From: Candidatus Bathyarchaeota archaeon
Lineage (GTDB): Archaea > Thermoproteota > Bathyarchaeia > Bathyarchaeales > Bathycorpusculaceae
Direction: 5' to 3'
DNA: 64,000 nt
Assembly (NCBI GenBank): GCA_963767735.1
Contig: CAVYES010000004.1
Location: forward strand, 352,001 to 416,000
Shown: positions 50,811 to 60,781 of the stretch, one piece after another
How the letters are laid out: each line of letters opens with the position of its first letter
How positions within the stretch are numbered: the stretch's first letter is position 1
Program-made: the position numbers and the translations under genes
The notes under the pieces: generated by a model
Database searches by the model: none
Told to the model about the DNA's origin: nothing
Seen by the model: the letters and a program-made list of their open reading frames with translations, nothing else

Positions 50811-52874
50811 ATGAACTTGCCCGCCATAGCCTTCACGCAAGAAATGCTTTCTCGTTTTGGCGAGGTTATGCGGAAGGAGTGGCTTATAACCAATGGGCTG
50901 GGCGGTTACTCGTCAAGTACTGTTTTAGGCATAAACACAAGGAAATATCATGGTTTGTTGGTTGCCGCGTTGCATCCGCCAGGCGACCGCACAGTTTGCG
51001 TCTCAAAGCTTGACGAGGATGTTTTGGTGGGTGAAGATGTTTACCAGTTGGGTGCTAACGAGTTTCAGGATGCGATTTACCCACAAGGGTACAAGCTCCT
51101 TAAAACGTTTTCCGTAGCACCTTTCCCCACGTATCTATATGGCTTCAGCAACGTCGAGGTCAATAAAACGGTTTTTGTGCCTAAAAACAAGAACGTTGTC
51201 TCAATAATCTATAAGGTTTCTAACGAGAACGCTGTCGCGGCTAAACTTAGGATTTACCCAATTTTAACGTGCAGATATTTTCACACCGTTACAGATAGAT
51301 TCAAAAATCCTTTTGGTTTCACTCAAAAAAGCGTAGGCAAAGAGTTAGAAGTAGCTTTCCAGCGTCCAGAAGCCACAATGTTGTGTCGCTCAACTGACGG
51401 GGAGTTCAAGGAGAAAATCAACTGGATAGAACACTTATATTATCGCATGGAAGCGTCACGAGGTGAAGCCAGCAGCGATGATTGTTTCCAGCCTGGATAT
51501 TTTGAAGTTGCTGCTCCCACTCAAGAACAAAAAGAGTTTGCGGTCAGCTTCGCCGTAAACCATGAAAACCAAACGGCAAGAGAAGCTCTGGCTTCTGTCG
51601 GAAACACAATCGATGAAATTAATGCTTCTTTGGGCAGAGAATTAACGCAGCAAAGCAATATGCTGGAAAAATTTTACGGTTTACACCCTGAGGTCCCAAT
51701 AAGTGATTGGCTGAACTGGGTTCTTTTAGCTGTAGACTCCTTCATAGTCGATAATGCCTCCGGAGGAAAAGCTGTCATTGCGGGGTATCACTGGTTTGAA
51801 CCATGGGGCAGAGACACCCTCATCTCGTTGCCTGGTCTTATGTTGGTTCCGGGCAGATTTAGCGATGCCAAGGAAATTTTTCAAAATTATATTCAATTCA
51901 GCCGAAATGGGCTTATTCCAAATTTTGTTGGCGATAAGTCGGGTGAGCCAGCCTACAACACTGTTGATGCGACACTTTGGTATGTTAACGCTGTGCTTCA
52001 ATACTTAAAATACACTGGGGACTTCGCGTTTGTTCAAGAAAAGCTTTGGGCGCATCTTCAGGCTATAGTTGATTTTCATGAGCGGGGCACTTTGTTTGGT
52101 ATTCGTTTAGATTATGACGGTTTGCTTATGCATGGTTCAAGGTTAACGTGGATGGATGCAGCGGTAGGCGACAAAGACATTACGCCACGAGCTGGAAAAG
52201 CAGTGGAGATCCAAGCTCTCTGGTACAATACGCTGCGAATAATGCAGTTGCTGGCAAACAAATTCGGCGAGAAAGCTTTAGCTGAAAAATACGCTGCAAT
52301 AGCAGATAAAACCAGCGTCAGCTTTAACGAGAAATTCTGGAACACAAACGCAGGCTACCTCTCTGACGTTCTCGACGGTAACGGCGCCGATGCGTCGCTT
52401 CGCCCCAACCAGATTTTGGCTGTCTCATTGGATTTTAGCATGCTGGATAAAGACAAAGGCGCGCAAGTTGTGGACCTTGTGAATCGTGAGTTGGCAACAC
52501 CCTTCGGATTGCGCACCTTAGCGTTAAGCGACCCAAAGTTCGTCGGCAAATGCTTCGGCGATCGGCTAAGCAGGGACACCGCTTACCACAACGGGACAAT
52601 TTGGCCATGGCTGCTGGGACCATTCATAACGGCATACCTGAAAATCAACGGCTACAGCCCCGAATCGCGGGAGTATGCAATGAAAAATCTTGTTTTTCCC
52701 CTATTCAGCAGCGGAATCAACCAGGCTGGACTGGGCACCTTGAGCGAAATATACGACTGCGACTCACCGAACACCCCAAGAGGCTGCATCTCGCAAGCAT
52801 GGAGTATCGCGGAGCCCCTGAGAGCTTACATAGAAGACGTTCTGCTGATTAAACCAAGATTTCAGTTAACTTAG
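50811..52874 (+). CDS. Glycogen debranching enzyme (amylo-alpha-1,6-glucosidase), archaeal type
   Basis: EWLITNGLGGY, RKYHGLL, AGYHWF..WGRD, TWMDA, YHNGTIWPW, QAWS. Confidence 0.93.
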   Translation: MNLPAIAFTQEMLSRFGEVMRKEWLITNGLGGYSSSTVLGINTRKYHGLLVAALHPPGDRTVCVSKLDEDVLVGEDVYQLGANEFQDAIYPQGYKLLKTFSVAPFPTYLYGFSNVEVNKTVFVPKNKNVVSIIYKVSNENAVAAKLRIYPILTCRYFHTVTDRFKNPFGFTQKSVGKELEVAFQRPEATMLCRSTDGEFKEKINWIEHLYYRMEASRGEASSDDCFQPGYFEVAAPTQEQKEFAVSFAVNHENQTAREALASVGNTIDEINASLGRELTQQSNMLEKFYGLHPEVPISDWLNWVLLAVDSFIVDNASGGKAVIAGYHWFEPWGRDTLISLPGLMLVPGRFSDAKEIFQNYIQFSRNGLIPNFVGDKSGEPAYNTVDATLWYVNAVLQYLKYTGDFAFVQEKLWAHLQAIVDFHERGTLFGIRLDYDGLLMHGSRLTWMDAAVGDKDITPRAGKAVEIQALWYNTLRIMQLLANKFGEKALAEKYAAIADKTSVSFNEKFWNTNAGYLSDVLDGNGADASLRPNQILAVSLDFSMLDKDKGAQVVDLVNRELATPFGLRTLALSDPKFVGKCFGDRLSRDTAYHNGTIWPWLLGPFITAYLKINGYSPESREYAMKNLVFPLFSSGINQAGLGTLSEIYDCDSPNTPRGCISQAWSIAEPLRAYIEDVLLIKPRFQLT

Positions 52875-53245
52875 CTGGTTTTTGTTTTGGCACGATTGCG
52901 TGTGGTTCCTGACAGTACGCGGAACGGGTTGTGTTGCTATTTACTTAGCCGTGCTGGTTGTTAATAGTGGGGAGGGAGCTCCGTTGCTTAGCCTCCATTT
53001 TTGTGGCTGGATTTTGTCACAAAAATTAGGGACCCCTATCGGTAGCAGTGTTTTGTTCTCTTACACGCTTACCCCCGGTCTGCTAGATGATCCTATTAGA
53101 CGCAAAACATGATTTAACACAGATCAACATAGGCGTAATGCCCGCACTTTGCATGTAGAATTGGTGAAATCGCATGTGCTTTGGCACAATTAACGGGGGC
53201 TTCATTGTTACTAATATGTTTCATAAAGGCTCCGGAGGAAGAGTT

Positions 53246-54526
53246 TTAATGATGGTGTTTTTTGAAGTAGACCAGCAAACCAGCACCAACCACAACCACT
53301 ACTGATGCCACAGAAACAGCAGCGATTGTTGCAGTTGGGAAAGGCTCTGGTTTCGCTACAGTGAAGTTGACTGTTGAAGCGCCGAGGTTTCCAAGTGTGT
53401 CGTTAGCATAGACTGTAATGCTGTGCAAACCGTTAGGAATGTTAATTAGGGTATCGTTGCCGTTTATGGTTATGTTTTGTTTTCCATCCAGACTGTAGCC
53501 TGACCAGTTAACAGGGTTATCTACTGAGAAAATTAAAGGAATAGATGATTCATTGTACTTCTGGTTTAGTGGCGATAAAAGCGATATTTCTGGCGGATTT
53601 GTGTTGAAGGGTTCCATAAGCGGATAGTAGTCAGTATTATTCTCGTATGCTGCGTCTATCGTGCTCCAGTAACTCTTTGCTTCGCTCGTCGTCACGCTTG
53701 AAGGAGCAACGTAGTTAAACGGCTTCACAAAATATTGCATGTTGCCTATTCCCGAATTATCTATCTCGGCAGCATTAGGGTATAACATCTTGTAGTTGCT
53801 CCAGTAGTTTCCACCATTGGGAAAGCCATCATCCCAAATGTTTACAGAGATTGATACGTCTCCATACTCGCTATCTTCCAATAGATATGTATTGTTGATG
53901 AAGTTGTTATGGTAAAAGATAATGTGTGAAGCCCCCGAAAAGCTGAGTGCGGACGTAATTATTTCTGTATAATTAGGATTGGATGTGTCTGTTATGTTGT
54001 TTCCAACAATTAAGTTATTTTTGGTTTCGCTAAGTGACAGGCCAAAGTAGTTGTTTACCACATTATTTCCAATTATGAAGTTTGAACTCCCGCCTGAGAC
54101 TTCGATTGCACCCGTGTTTGCGCCATTAAGTAGTAAATACCACTCGACAGATGTATCTGTTACTGTATTATCGGCTATTACGGAATTTGATGTATCGTCT
54201 AATTCAATGCCAACTGCGGTATCTGTGATGGTTAAGTTTTTCAAGGTCACATTTGACACGTTATTCATAGAAAATTCGCCTTTAAGCGTGTCTCCGTTTC
54301 CATCAACTACAGTGTTATTTCTCTCCACGGTTATGCTTCCACTCATGTTGCTTGTCAAAGTATAGATATTGCCAACCTGCTGAATGGGTGCTGTTGAGGG
54401 AGTTATGCTGCCGTCTGCATTGATGGTTATGCTCCCTTGATATTGAGCTTTAACGGGTCGAACGCAAACCACACTTAGAGCCATCAGCAAAACGAGAATT
54501 GAGGCGACGATGGCGGCTTTTTTCAT
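53246..54526 (-). CDS. Secreted NosD/PbH1 beta-helix surface protein with Ig-like domain and C-terminal TM
   Basis: Signal peptide; YHNNF...GNYWS..DYYPL; YSLDG domain; PEPFPT plus TM plus KK. Confidence 0.85.
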   Translation of the reverse strand: MKKAAIVASILVLLMALSVVCVRPVKAQYQGSITINADGSITPSTAPIQQVGNIYTLTSNMSGSITVERNNTVVDGNGDTLKGEFSMNNVSNVTLKNLTITDTAVGIELDDTSNSVIADNTVTDTSVEWYLLLNGANTGAIEVSGGSSNFIIGNNVVNNYFGLSLSETKNNLIVGNNITDTSNPNYTEIITSALSFSGASHIIFYHNNFINNTYLLEDSEYGDVSISVNIWDDGFPNGGNYWSNYKMLYPNAAEIDNSGIGNMQYFVKPFNYVAPSSVTTSEAKSYWSTIDAAYENNTDYYPLMEPFNTNPPEISLLSPLNQKYNESSIPLIFSVDNPVNWSGYSLDGKQNITINGNDTLINIPNGLHSITVYANDTLGNLGASTVNFTVAKPEPFPTATIAAVSVASVVVVVGAGLLVYFKKHHH

Positions 54527-54531
54527 GTTCT

Positions 54532-55410
54532 TTACCTCTTAGTTATTATTTTATGAGTTGTAGGCTTGCGTATTTTGAAGTAGACCAACAAACCCGCACC
54601 CACAGCCACTGCTACTGCACTTGAAACAGTAGCAATAGGTAAAGTTGGAAAAGGTAATGCCTTCAGTACATTTGATACAGTAATTGTGAAATTCATTGGT
54701 TGCGAAGCGCCCATATTTCCAATTGTATCATTAGCAAATATAGTTAAACTGTGCTGACTCTCACTTAATCCTGTTAACGTCGTGTTTCCAACGATTGTAA
54801 CATTGCTTTTATTGTCTAAGCTGTAGCCTATCCAAGAGGTTGTTTTATCAATGGTGAAGTCTAAGGGTATTGAACTCAAAGATATGTTCGCTACTTCATA
54901 GCTTTCATTTTGAGGAGACAAAATAAGGACGTTTGGAGGAGAAAAATTATAAACTGAAAAGTAGACGGGAGCAAGCGATACGTTCCAGGGAAAAATTCCA
55001 TCATCATCAACATTGCAAATTCCACTTGCAGATATTGTGAGTTCATGTTTTCCATTCGTTAAATTAGAAATATTCACAATGGTGCTTGCACATATTGGAA
55101 CTATCTCCCAACTATATTGAAAATTAATTGTGCCGTCCGACGTGAAGATTGTTGATGACCTTTCATCATCTATACTGTAACTAATTGCCGCCGTCATCCA
55201 AGGTATAGGGGCATTCTGACTTAAGTTTACTGTAAAGTTCAAAGCCATAGTGCCTGCGTAAGTTGTGTTACTGTTTGGACTTGTAATAATTAACTGACCT
55301 TTAACATTCGTGTAATTTGTGTCTGCTCTTACTCTAATAGGCAGCAATACAACCGATGCCATTAGGAAGGCGAAAACAAGCATTAATTCGAAACCTTTAC
55401 GCATACTCAT
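54532..55410 (-). CDS. Secreted surface protein with two Ig-like domains and C-terminal TM
   Basis: Signal peptide; YSID and YSLD domains; PFPT plus TM plus KIRK. Confidence 0.8.
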   Translation of the reverse strand: MSMRKGFELMLVFAFLMASVVLLPIRVRADTNYTNVKGQLIITSPNSNTTYAGTMALNFTVNLSQNAPIPWMTAAISYSIDDERSSTIFTSDGTINFQYSWEIVPICASTIVNISNLTNGKHELTISASGICNVDDDGIFPWNVSLAPVYFSVYNFSPPNVLILSPQNESYEVANISLSSIPLDFTIDKTTSWIGYSLDNKSNVTIVGNTTLTGLSESQHSLTIFANDTIGNMGASQPMNFTITVSNVLKALPFPTLPIATVSSAVAVAVGAGLLVYFKIRKPTTHKIITKR

Positions 55411-55503
55411 CCAACTTTAGCTGAGAAATGGATTGCGATAAAAGAGTTTTTGTCATGGTTTCTGGACTAAGCGCCTATTTTTTAGTCCAGATTTCTTGAC
55501 TAA
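55405..55503 (-). promoter_or_regulatory. Duplicated upstream region, copy 1, with TTTCT(G/T)GACTAA repeats
   Basis: Aligns with 57466-57563. Motif at 55459 and 55492, plus an inverted copy at 55482-55491. Confidence 0.65.
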
Positions 55504-55621
55504 GTTTAGGGCGCTGGTTGTCCCTAAAATTTTAATGCCCCTGCAAAGGTGATTTTATTAAAGATGATCTTGGGAAGATGGCAGATGTGAAGAAACTGTT
55601 AAGTGCGTTTCAATCGGTTCC

Positions 55622-57310
55622 CTAAGAGCCTTTGTCTTTCTTTCCTTTTACTACGAACATAAGGGCAGCTACAACAATTGCTGCGATTGCTAAGCCAGCT
55701 ACTACTCCATAGATTGCTTCTTGAAGTAAACTTGGCTGCGGTGTAGGGCTGTGAGAAGGCACTGGCGTGATGTTTGGGGTTGTGGTGAATACGATTGATA
55801 TTTGGTGTGTGCTGAATTGGGTTGTGTACCATACGTAGTAGTTGTTGCTGTCTTGTGTGTAGCCTTGGTTTGGCGCAATTTGGCCGTCAATGTAGATTGT
55901 CGGCGTGGTTCCATAAGTTACTGCGCTTATCGGGATGGTTATGTTGCCGAAGCCTATGGTGCCGCTTTCCCCTGTCACGGTAAAAGACAACGTTGTTGAT
56001 GCGGTAGACTGGTCTGTTGCGATTGTGACGTTGGACATTTGAGAGCTGGTTATGTTTCCGCTGATTGAAAGGTCCACTGTTGCGCCGCTTTCTGTTGTCG
56101 CGGGCACAACGGTTGCTAACGGCGTTGGAGATGGTGTTTGAGTTGTCGTGGGAGTAGCTGTAGGAACGGGCAAGGAAGGAACGCCCAAAGCATAAACGTT
56201 GCCGTCAAATGAGCCTACGTAAAGTACGCCGTTGACAATAGCGGGAGACGAATAGACATTGCCGCGGGTGGTGTAATTCCAAAGTGGGATGCCGTTAGCA
56301 GCGTTCAAGGCATAAACGTTGTCGTCCTCGGAGCCGACGTAAACTACTCCGCCGACAACAGCAGGAGATGAATCGATCCCGCTACCGGTGGTGTAGTTCC
56401 AGAGTTTGGCGCCAGTAGCAGCATTCAAAGCGTAAACATTGCCGTCACCGGAGCCGACGTAGACTACGCCATCTACAACTGCAGGAGACGAATCAACCTC
56501 GCCACCCGTGGTGTACCTCCAAATTGGGAGACCGTTGGCAGCATTCAAGGCATAAACGTCACCGTTGGTGGCGCTTGCATAGACTAAGCCGCCGACAACC
56601 GCTGGAGACGAAATAATATAGCTGCCAGTATTGTAGTTCCAGATTTGGGCTCCGGTGGCAGCGTTTAAAGCGTAAATGTTGTCGTCACCTGAGCCTACGT
56701 AGACTGCGCCATCTACAACCGCAGGAGACGAAACAACTTGGTTGCCAGTGGTGTAGTTCCAGATTTGGGCGCCGTTTGCGGCGTTTAAAGCATAAACCTT
56801 GCCGTTCTCAGAGCCTATGTAGATTACGCCGTTGACAACCGCAGGAGACGAAATCCCCCAGCTGCCAGAGGCTCCGCCATCGTTGCTACTCCAAAGTTTG
56901 TCGCCGTTTGCAGCGTTTAAAGCATAAACGTTGCCGTCATCGCAGCCGACGTAGACTACTCCATCTACAACCGCAGGAGACGACATAACCCAGTTCACGG
57001 GAATCGAGAAAGCGTTGGAGCCAGTAATGTAACTCCAGATTTGGGTGCCGCTATAGGCGTTTAAAGCGTAAACGTTACAGTCCTTTGAGCCAATGTAGAC
57101 TACGCCGTTGACAACGGCAGGAGACGAAGCAACCTCATTACCCGTGGAGAAATTCCAAAGCAGCGTTGAGGTCAGCACTGGATTGCCTGATCCTGCGCCG
57201 CTGTGAGATGGATCCGCATGGAACATTGTCCAGTCAGCGTTGGCAAACGGAATCAAAACTACGCTGGAAATAAAAATTATGCAAACTAATGCCCCGACGG
57301 TTTTTTTCAC
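55622..57310 (-). CDS. Secreted PQQ-type (BamB-like) beta-propeller surface protein
   Basis: About eight SSPAVVxGxVYVGS.D..VYALNA..G..W repeats; PT linker; C-terminal TM. Confidence 0.9.
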   Translation of the reverse strand: MKKTVGALVCIIFISSVVLIPFANADWTMFHADPSHSGAGSGNPVLTSTLLWNFSTGNEVASSPAVVNGVVYIGSKDCNVYALNAYSGTQIWSYITGSNAFSIPVNWVMSSPAVVDGVVYVGCDDGNVYALNAANGDKLWSSNDGGASGSWGISSPAVVNGVIYIGSENGKVYALNAANGAQIWNYTTGNQVVSSPAVVDGAVYVGSGDDNIYALNAATGAQIWNYNTGSYIISSPAVVGGLVYASATNGDVYALNAANGLPIWRYTTGGEVDSSPAVVDGVVYVGSGDGNVYALNAATGAKLWNYTTGSGIDSSPAVVGGVVYVGSEDDNVYALNAANGIPLWNYTTRGNVYSSPAIVNGVLYVGSFDGNVYALGVPSLPVPTATPTTTQTPSPTPLATVVPATTESGATVDLSISGNITSSQMSNVTIATDQSTASTTLSFTVTGESGTIGFGNITIPISAVTYGTTPTIYIDGQIAPNQGYTQDSNNYYVWYTTQFSTHQISIVFTTTPNITPVPSHSPTPQPSLLQEAIYGVVAGLAIAAIVVAALMFVVKGKKDKGS

Positions 57311-57462
57311 GGGATTTCTCCCTCAATTTTGCGGTGATTCGTAGGTGGTTTAGCTTTCAGAGAATTTTCGGTTACATCGTCGGAAGACAACGCAGGCTTA
57401 GCAACAATTACGCACGGTACAGTTTGGAAGACGACAGCAAGCACTAAGTCGAGACTTTTCAC
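57307..57462 (-). pseudogene. Relic 5' end (signal peptide) of a lost surface-protein gene
   Basis: VKSLDLVLAVVFQTVPCVIVAKPALSSDDVTENSLKAKPP looks like a decayed signal peptide and sits directly behind the duplicated promoter. Confidence 0.4.
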
Positions 57463-57465
57463 TCA

Positions 57466-57563
57466 ACTCATCCAACTTTAACTAAGCAATAGTTAGCGAT
57501 AAAAGGTTTTTTGTACGTGTTTCTTGACTAACTCCTATTTTTTACTGCAGATTTCTTGACTAA
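57466..57563 (-). promoter_or_regulatory. Duplicated upstream region, copy 2
   Basis: ACTCATCCAACTTTA...GCGATAAAAG; TTTCTTGACTAA at 57520 and 57552. Confidence 0.65.
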
Positions 57564-57655
57564 GCGCGGTCAACCTTTGGTTAAGGTTTCGCTTAATCAT
57601 GAGGTTAAATTTTCTAGCAAAGTTTTAAGCATTTCAATGTCATACTGTAAGGCGG

Positions 57656-58937
57656 TTGAGAGAAGTGCCTGATGCTAAGGAAGAGATTTACTCAACTATG
57701 TTCCGTTCACTTAAGCATCCTGTACGCCGCAAGATACTTCATATACTTTCAGAAAAGACGCAGACTTTTTCTGAAATGCTTGATTTGCTGGGCGTTTCCA
57801 GTTCCAATTTAACTTATCATCTTGAAAGCTTAGGCGAACTTGTAACTCAGGAGAATGGCGTTTATAAGCTATCGACTTTCGGTTCGGCTGCCGCCAATAC
57901 AATGAGGATTGTGGAAGAGGCACCTGAAATTCAGCCGAGGAAACGCGCTTTATCGTTGAAGTGGAAGACCGCTGTCGCTGTCTCGCTTATTGCACTGGTT
58001 CTTGTGGCAAGCGTGCGTGACGATTTGGCAGTTTAATGCTTTGAATGAGGCATCTAACCAGAGTAATGCTTTGCAATCAAAGTATAATCAATTGTTATCT
58101 TGGACTCAGATCACAAATATGGCGATAAATTTTCTGCAGCAGGTTACGCAAATTGACACTTCCCACTACCAAGCGACTTTGGTAAGCGACGCTGTGGATG
58201 AGCCTTCAGATTTAGGCGGCATATTAGAGCAGACCATGATGTATTCGCTTACAAGCAACGACAGCAAAATGGACGTTTACTTCAGGTTCAGAAGCAACGA
58301 GTTATCATGGTACCAGATTGTACCGCTGGAGGGTTCACCCGCTTATTCTCAACCTCAGCCAAACAGCGCTCTGGATGCTGCAAAGGGCTTGCTTTTGAGG
58401 TTCACGAGTTATGAGAATGCGTCTTACCTTGGAAACATGAGCAGCATGCTATCGTCAGTTAGCAACTCAATGCAAAACATGCAAATCACGGAGGGCAACA
58501 ACAAGTTGAATGTAACTGTATCCGGAGCCACCACGCAAATAGTGATAATGTACACTGAGAACGGAGTGGATTTTTCGCCTAAATGCGTGAGCTTAACTTT
58601 TATGAACAACAATTTAATGGACTTCATCGATGACTATTACTTATTCACGATAGGAAGCACCACAGTCAACATTTCCATAGACCAAGCCATTCAACTCGCA
58701 ACAAACGCAGTAAAAGGCTACAGCTGGACCGCAAACGGCACAACGGTCTCAAATTTCACCGTTCTTTCAGAGCCCGTCTCCGTTGTTTTTCACCCGAACA
58801 CCAAAAACGGGTTAGCGTTGTACCCCCAGTGGACCGTCACGCTTGACCTTAACAAAGTTTACCCAGGCGGCGTAGACAGCATAACCGTTGAAATATGGGC
58901 AGACACGGGAGACATAGCCCAAATACAAAACGGCTGA
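57656..58937 (+). pseudogene. Membrane-spanning one-component regulator (ArsR wHTH - TM - extracellular domain) split by a 4-bp duplication
   Basis: HTH SLKHPVRRKIL...LTYHLESL. GCGTGCGT at 58011-58018; removing 4 bp gives VLVASVTIWQFN and fuses ORFs 57656-58036 and 57990-58937. Confidence 0.8.
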
Positions 58938-59056
58938 CCACCGCACGATGATTGGGAAATGTTAAACAGTGGGGGTCAACAAGCAGCCGTTCTCGTAAGC
59001 GCAGTTTAAACCCACTAAATACCGAAAAAACTGCAGTTCTGGAAGAAACTTGAAAT

Positions 59057-60097
59057 TTAGGGTTTTATTGCTTTTTTGAAGCTGTCAGCGGCTGTTTCAG
59101 GCGTTACAGTGTTTATGTATGTTCCTGTGCTTATTTCGAATCCTGCCCAAATAGACAGTTTAGGGTAAACTTCCAGGTGCCAATGGTAGTAGTCTTGGGC
59201 TTCTTGGTTTATGGCTAAGTGGAGACCGTAATTGTACGGTGGATCATTCACTAAATCCTTTAAGCCTTTGAGGCTTGTTTTGAGGGTTTTAGCGAACGCT
59301 GCCACTTCAGCATCATCCAAGTCCAAGATGTTGGCGGCGTGTTTTCTGGGCATAATCCAGAACTCCATCGGGTTAATGCTTGCGTAAGGAGCGAAGACAA
59401 CAAAATCTGAATCTTCACAAATAAGCCTTGGACCTTTTGATTCTTGCTCGATCATGTCGCAAAAAACGCACTTACCCTCTTCGGCGTAGAAGTTTTTACT
59501 TGCATCCATCTCTTCTTGAACTATTACAGGAATAACGGGTGTTGCGATTACTTGACTGTGTGCATGAGAAAGCGAGGCGCCAGCTTCTTTACCGTAATTT
59601 CTGAAAATCGAAACGTATTTGACGTATGGTTTTGCGCTTAACTCTCTGAGCCTATCAACGTAAGCATGGATGACCAGTTCCAACTGGGGCAGTTCTGCGT
59701 CAGCTGGGTCCTCATCATGATTTGGAGACTCAACTATAACCTCATGATTACCAATCGCGTAGCCAAAGCATTCATCCTTTAGGATTTGAATTTCATCTTG
59801 GGGTTGTTTGGGTGGACCGAAGGCTGGGAAAAGATTCGGGATGCAGCGGACAAGCCAGTTTTTGGGGCGTTCGCCAACCAGCGGATCTTTAGCCGTTTTT
59901 ATTTCGCCGTTCTCTTTCAAGTACAGCATTATGGCTGGCGGAGTCATGTTCTCGTTGCCAACGCACAGCGGACAAACTGCGCTTTCGGCAATTTCAGTTT
60001 TTTGTTTAGCAAAATCGGTGGGTCTTCGACTTCGCTCTGTCGCAATGACGACCCAGCGGTTTAGTAAGTAATCCTTTCTCAATTCATTGTATGGCAT
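59057..60097 (-). CDS. galT: Galactose-1-phosphate uridylyltransferase (HIT-fold)
   Basis: RSRRP, CPLC, PNLFP, HEVIVESP, GASLSHAHSQ, YHWHLE, AGFE. Confidence 0.93.
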   Translation of the reverse strand: MPYNELRKDYLLNRWVVIATERSRRPTDFAKQKTEIAESAVCPLCVGNENMTPPAIMLYLKENGEIKTAKDPLVGERPKNWLVRCIPNLFPAFGPPKQPQDEIQILKDECFGYAIGNHEVIVESPNHDEDPADAELPQLELVIHAYVDRLRELSAKPYVKYVSIFRNYGKEAGASLSHAHSQVIATPVIPVIVQEEMDASKNFYAEEGKCVFCDMIEQESKGPRLICEDSDFVVFAPYASINPMEFWIMPRKHAANILDLDDAEVAAFAKTLKTSLKGLKDLVNDPPYNYGLHLAINQEAQDYYHWHLEVYPKLSIWAGFEISTGTYINTVTPETAADSFKKAIKP

Positions 60098-60218
60098 CTG
60101 TTAAGCACTCAGACAAACAAAGGCGTATAGCATAAAAAAGCTTTGTTTCCAAAAGCAGAAAAACAAAGAATGTGCTGACTCGAAAAGTCTATGAGCTTCA
60201 ACGACGAATTAAGCTTAG

Positions 60219-60710
60219 ATGACCATGATAACAAAAATTCTTGTCGGTGTAGACGGCTCTGAAAATTCAGCGAAAGCTTTAGATTATGCTCTTGAAATCG
60301 CGGACAAGTTTTCCGCCTCTGTTTTGATAATTAACGTTTTTCAGCCGCCTCCAGAGTTTGGATATCAAATCAACACATTTCAACAGTATCCATCGTCGGC
60401 GTACCCTCAAAGACAAATAGGTTACCTGCCAAACATGGAATCCGTCCTCAATGAACTAAGAAAGCTGCATGAAACAATACTATCCAAAGCCCAAGAGAAA
60501 GCAACCAAACAAAAACCCGCCGTTAAAATCACCGCCGAACTCAAAGAAGGGTACTCGCCGTCAAAGATAATTGAGGCTGCTGCAGAAGAGGAAGTTGACT
60601 TAATAGTCTTAGGCCATAGGGGAGACAGCCAAATCAAAGAACTCTTCCTTGGCAGCACAAGCGAAAGAGTCGCCCATCAAGCAAAATGCACCGTGCTAAT
60701 TGCCAAATGA
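60219..60710 (+). CDS. Universal stress protein (UspA family)
   Basis: ILVGVDGSENS, DLIVLGHRG...LGSTSERV. Confidence 0.93.
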   Translation: MTMITKILVGVDGSENSAKALDYALEIADKFSASVLIINVFQPPPEFGYQINTFQQYPSSAYPQRQIGYLPNMESVLNELRKLHETILSKAQEKATKQKPAVKITAELKEGYSPSKIIEAAAEEEVDLIVLGHRGDSQIKELFLGSTSERVAHQAKCTVLIAK

Positions 60711-60781
60711 AACCGCGATTACTGAAAATAACTTGGGGTTCTCCAGTTTGGCTGAAAACTTTCTTGAGAAGTTTTACCTAT

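Noticed and set aside
52875-53245. ORF 52882-53112 and a small palindrome near 52997-53026
   Set aside because: No protein features. The hairpin may be a terminator between convergent genes, but the evidence is too weak.
56190-57130. Regular ~120-bp repeats containing GCAGGAGACGAA (also at 62090-62980) that look like an array
   Set aside because: They are in-frame PQQ-propeller coding repeats with codon-position variation and no unique spacers, so not CRISPR.
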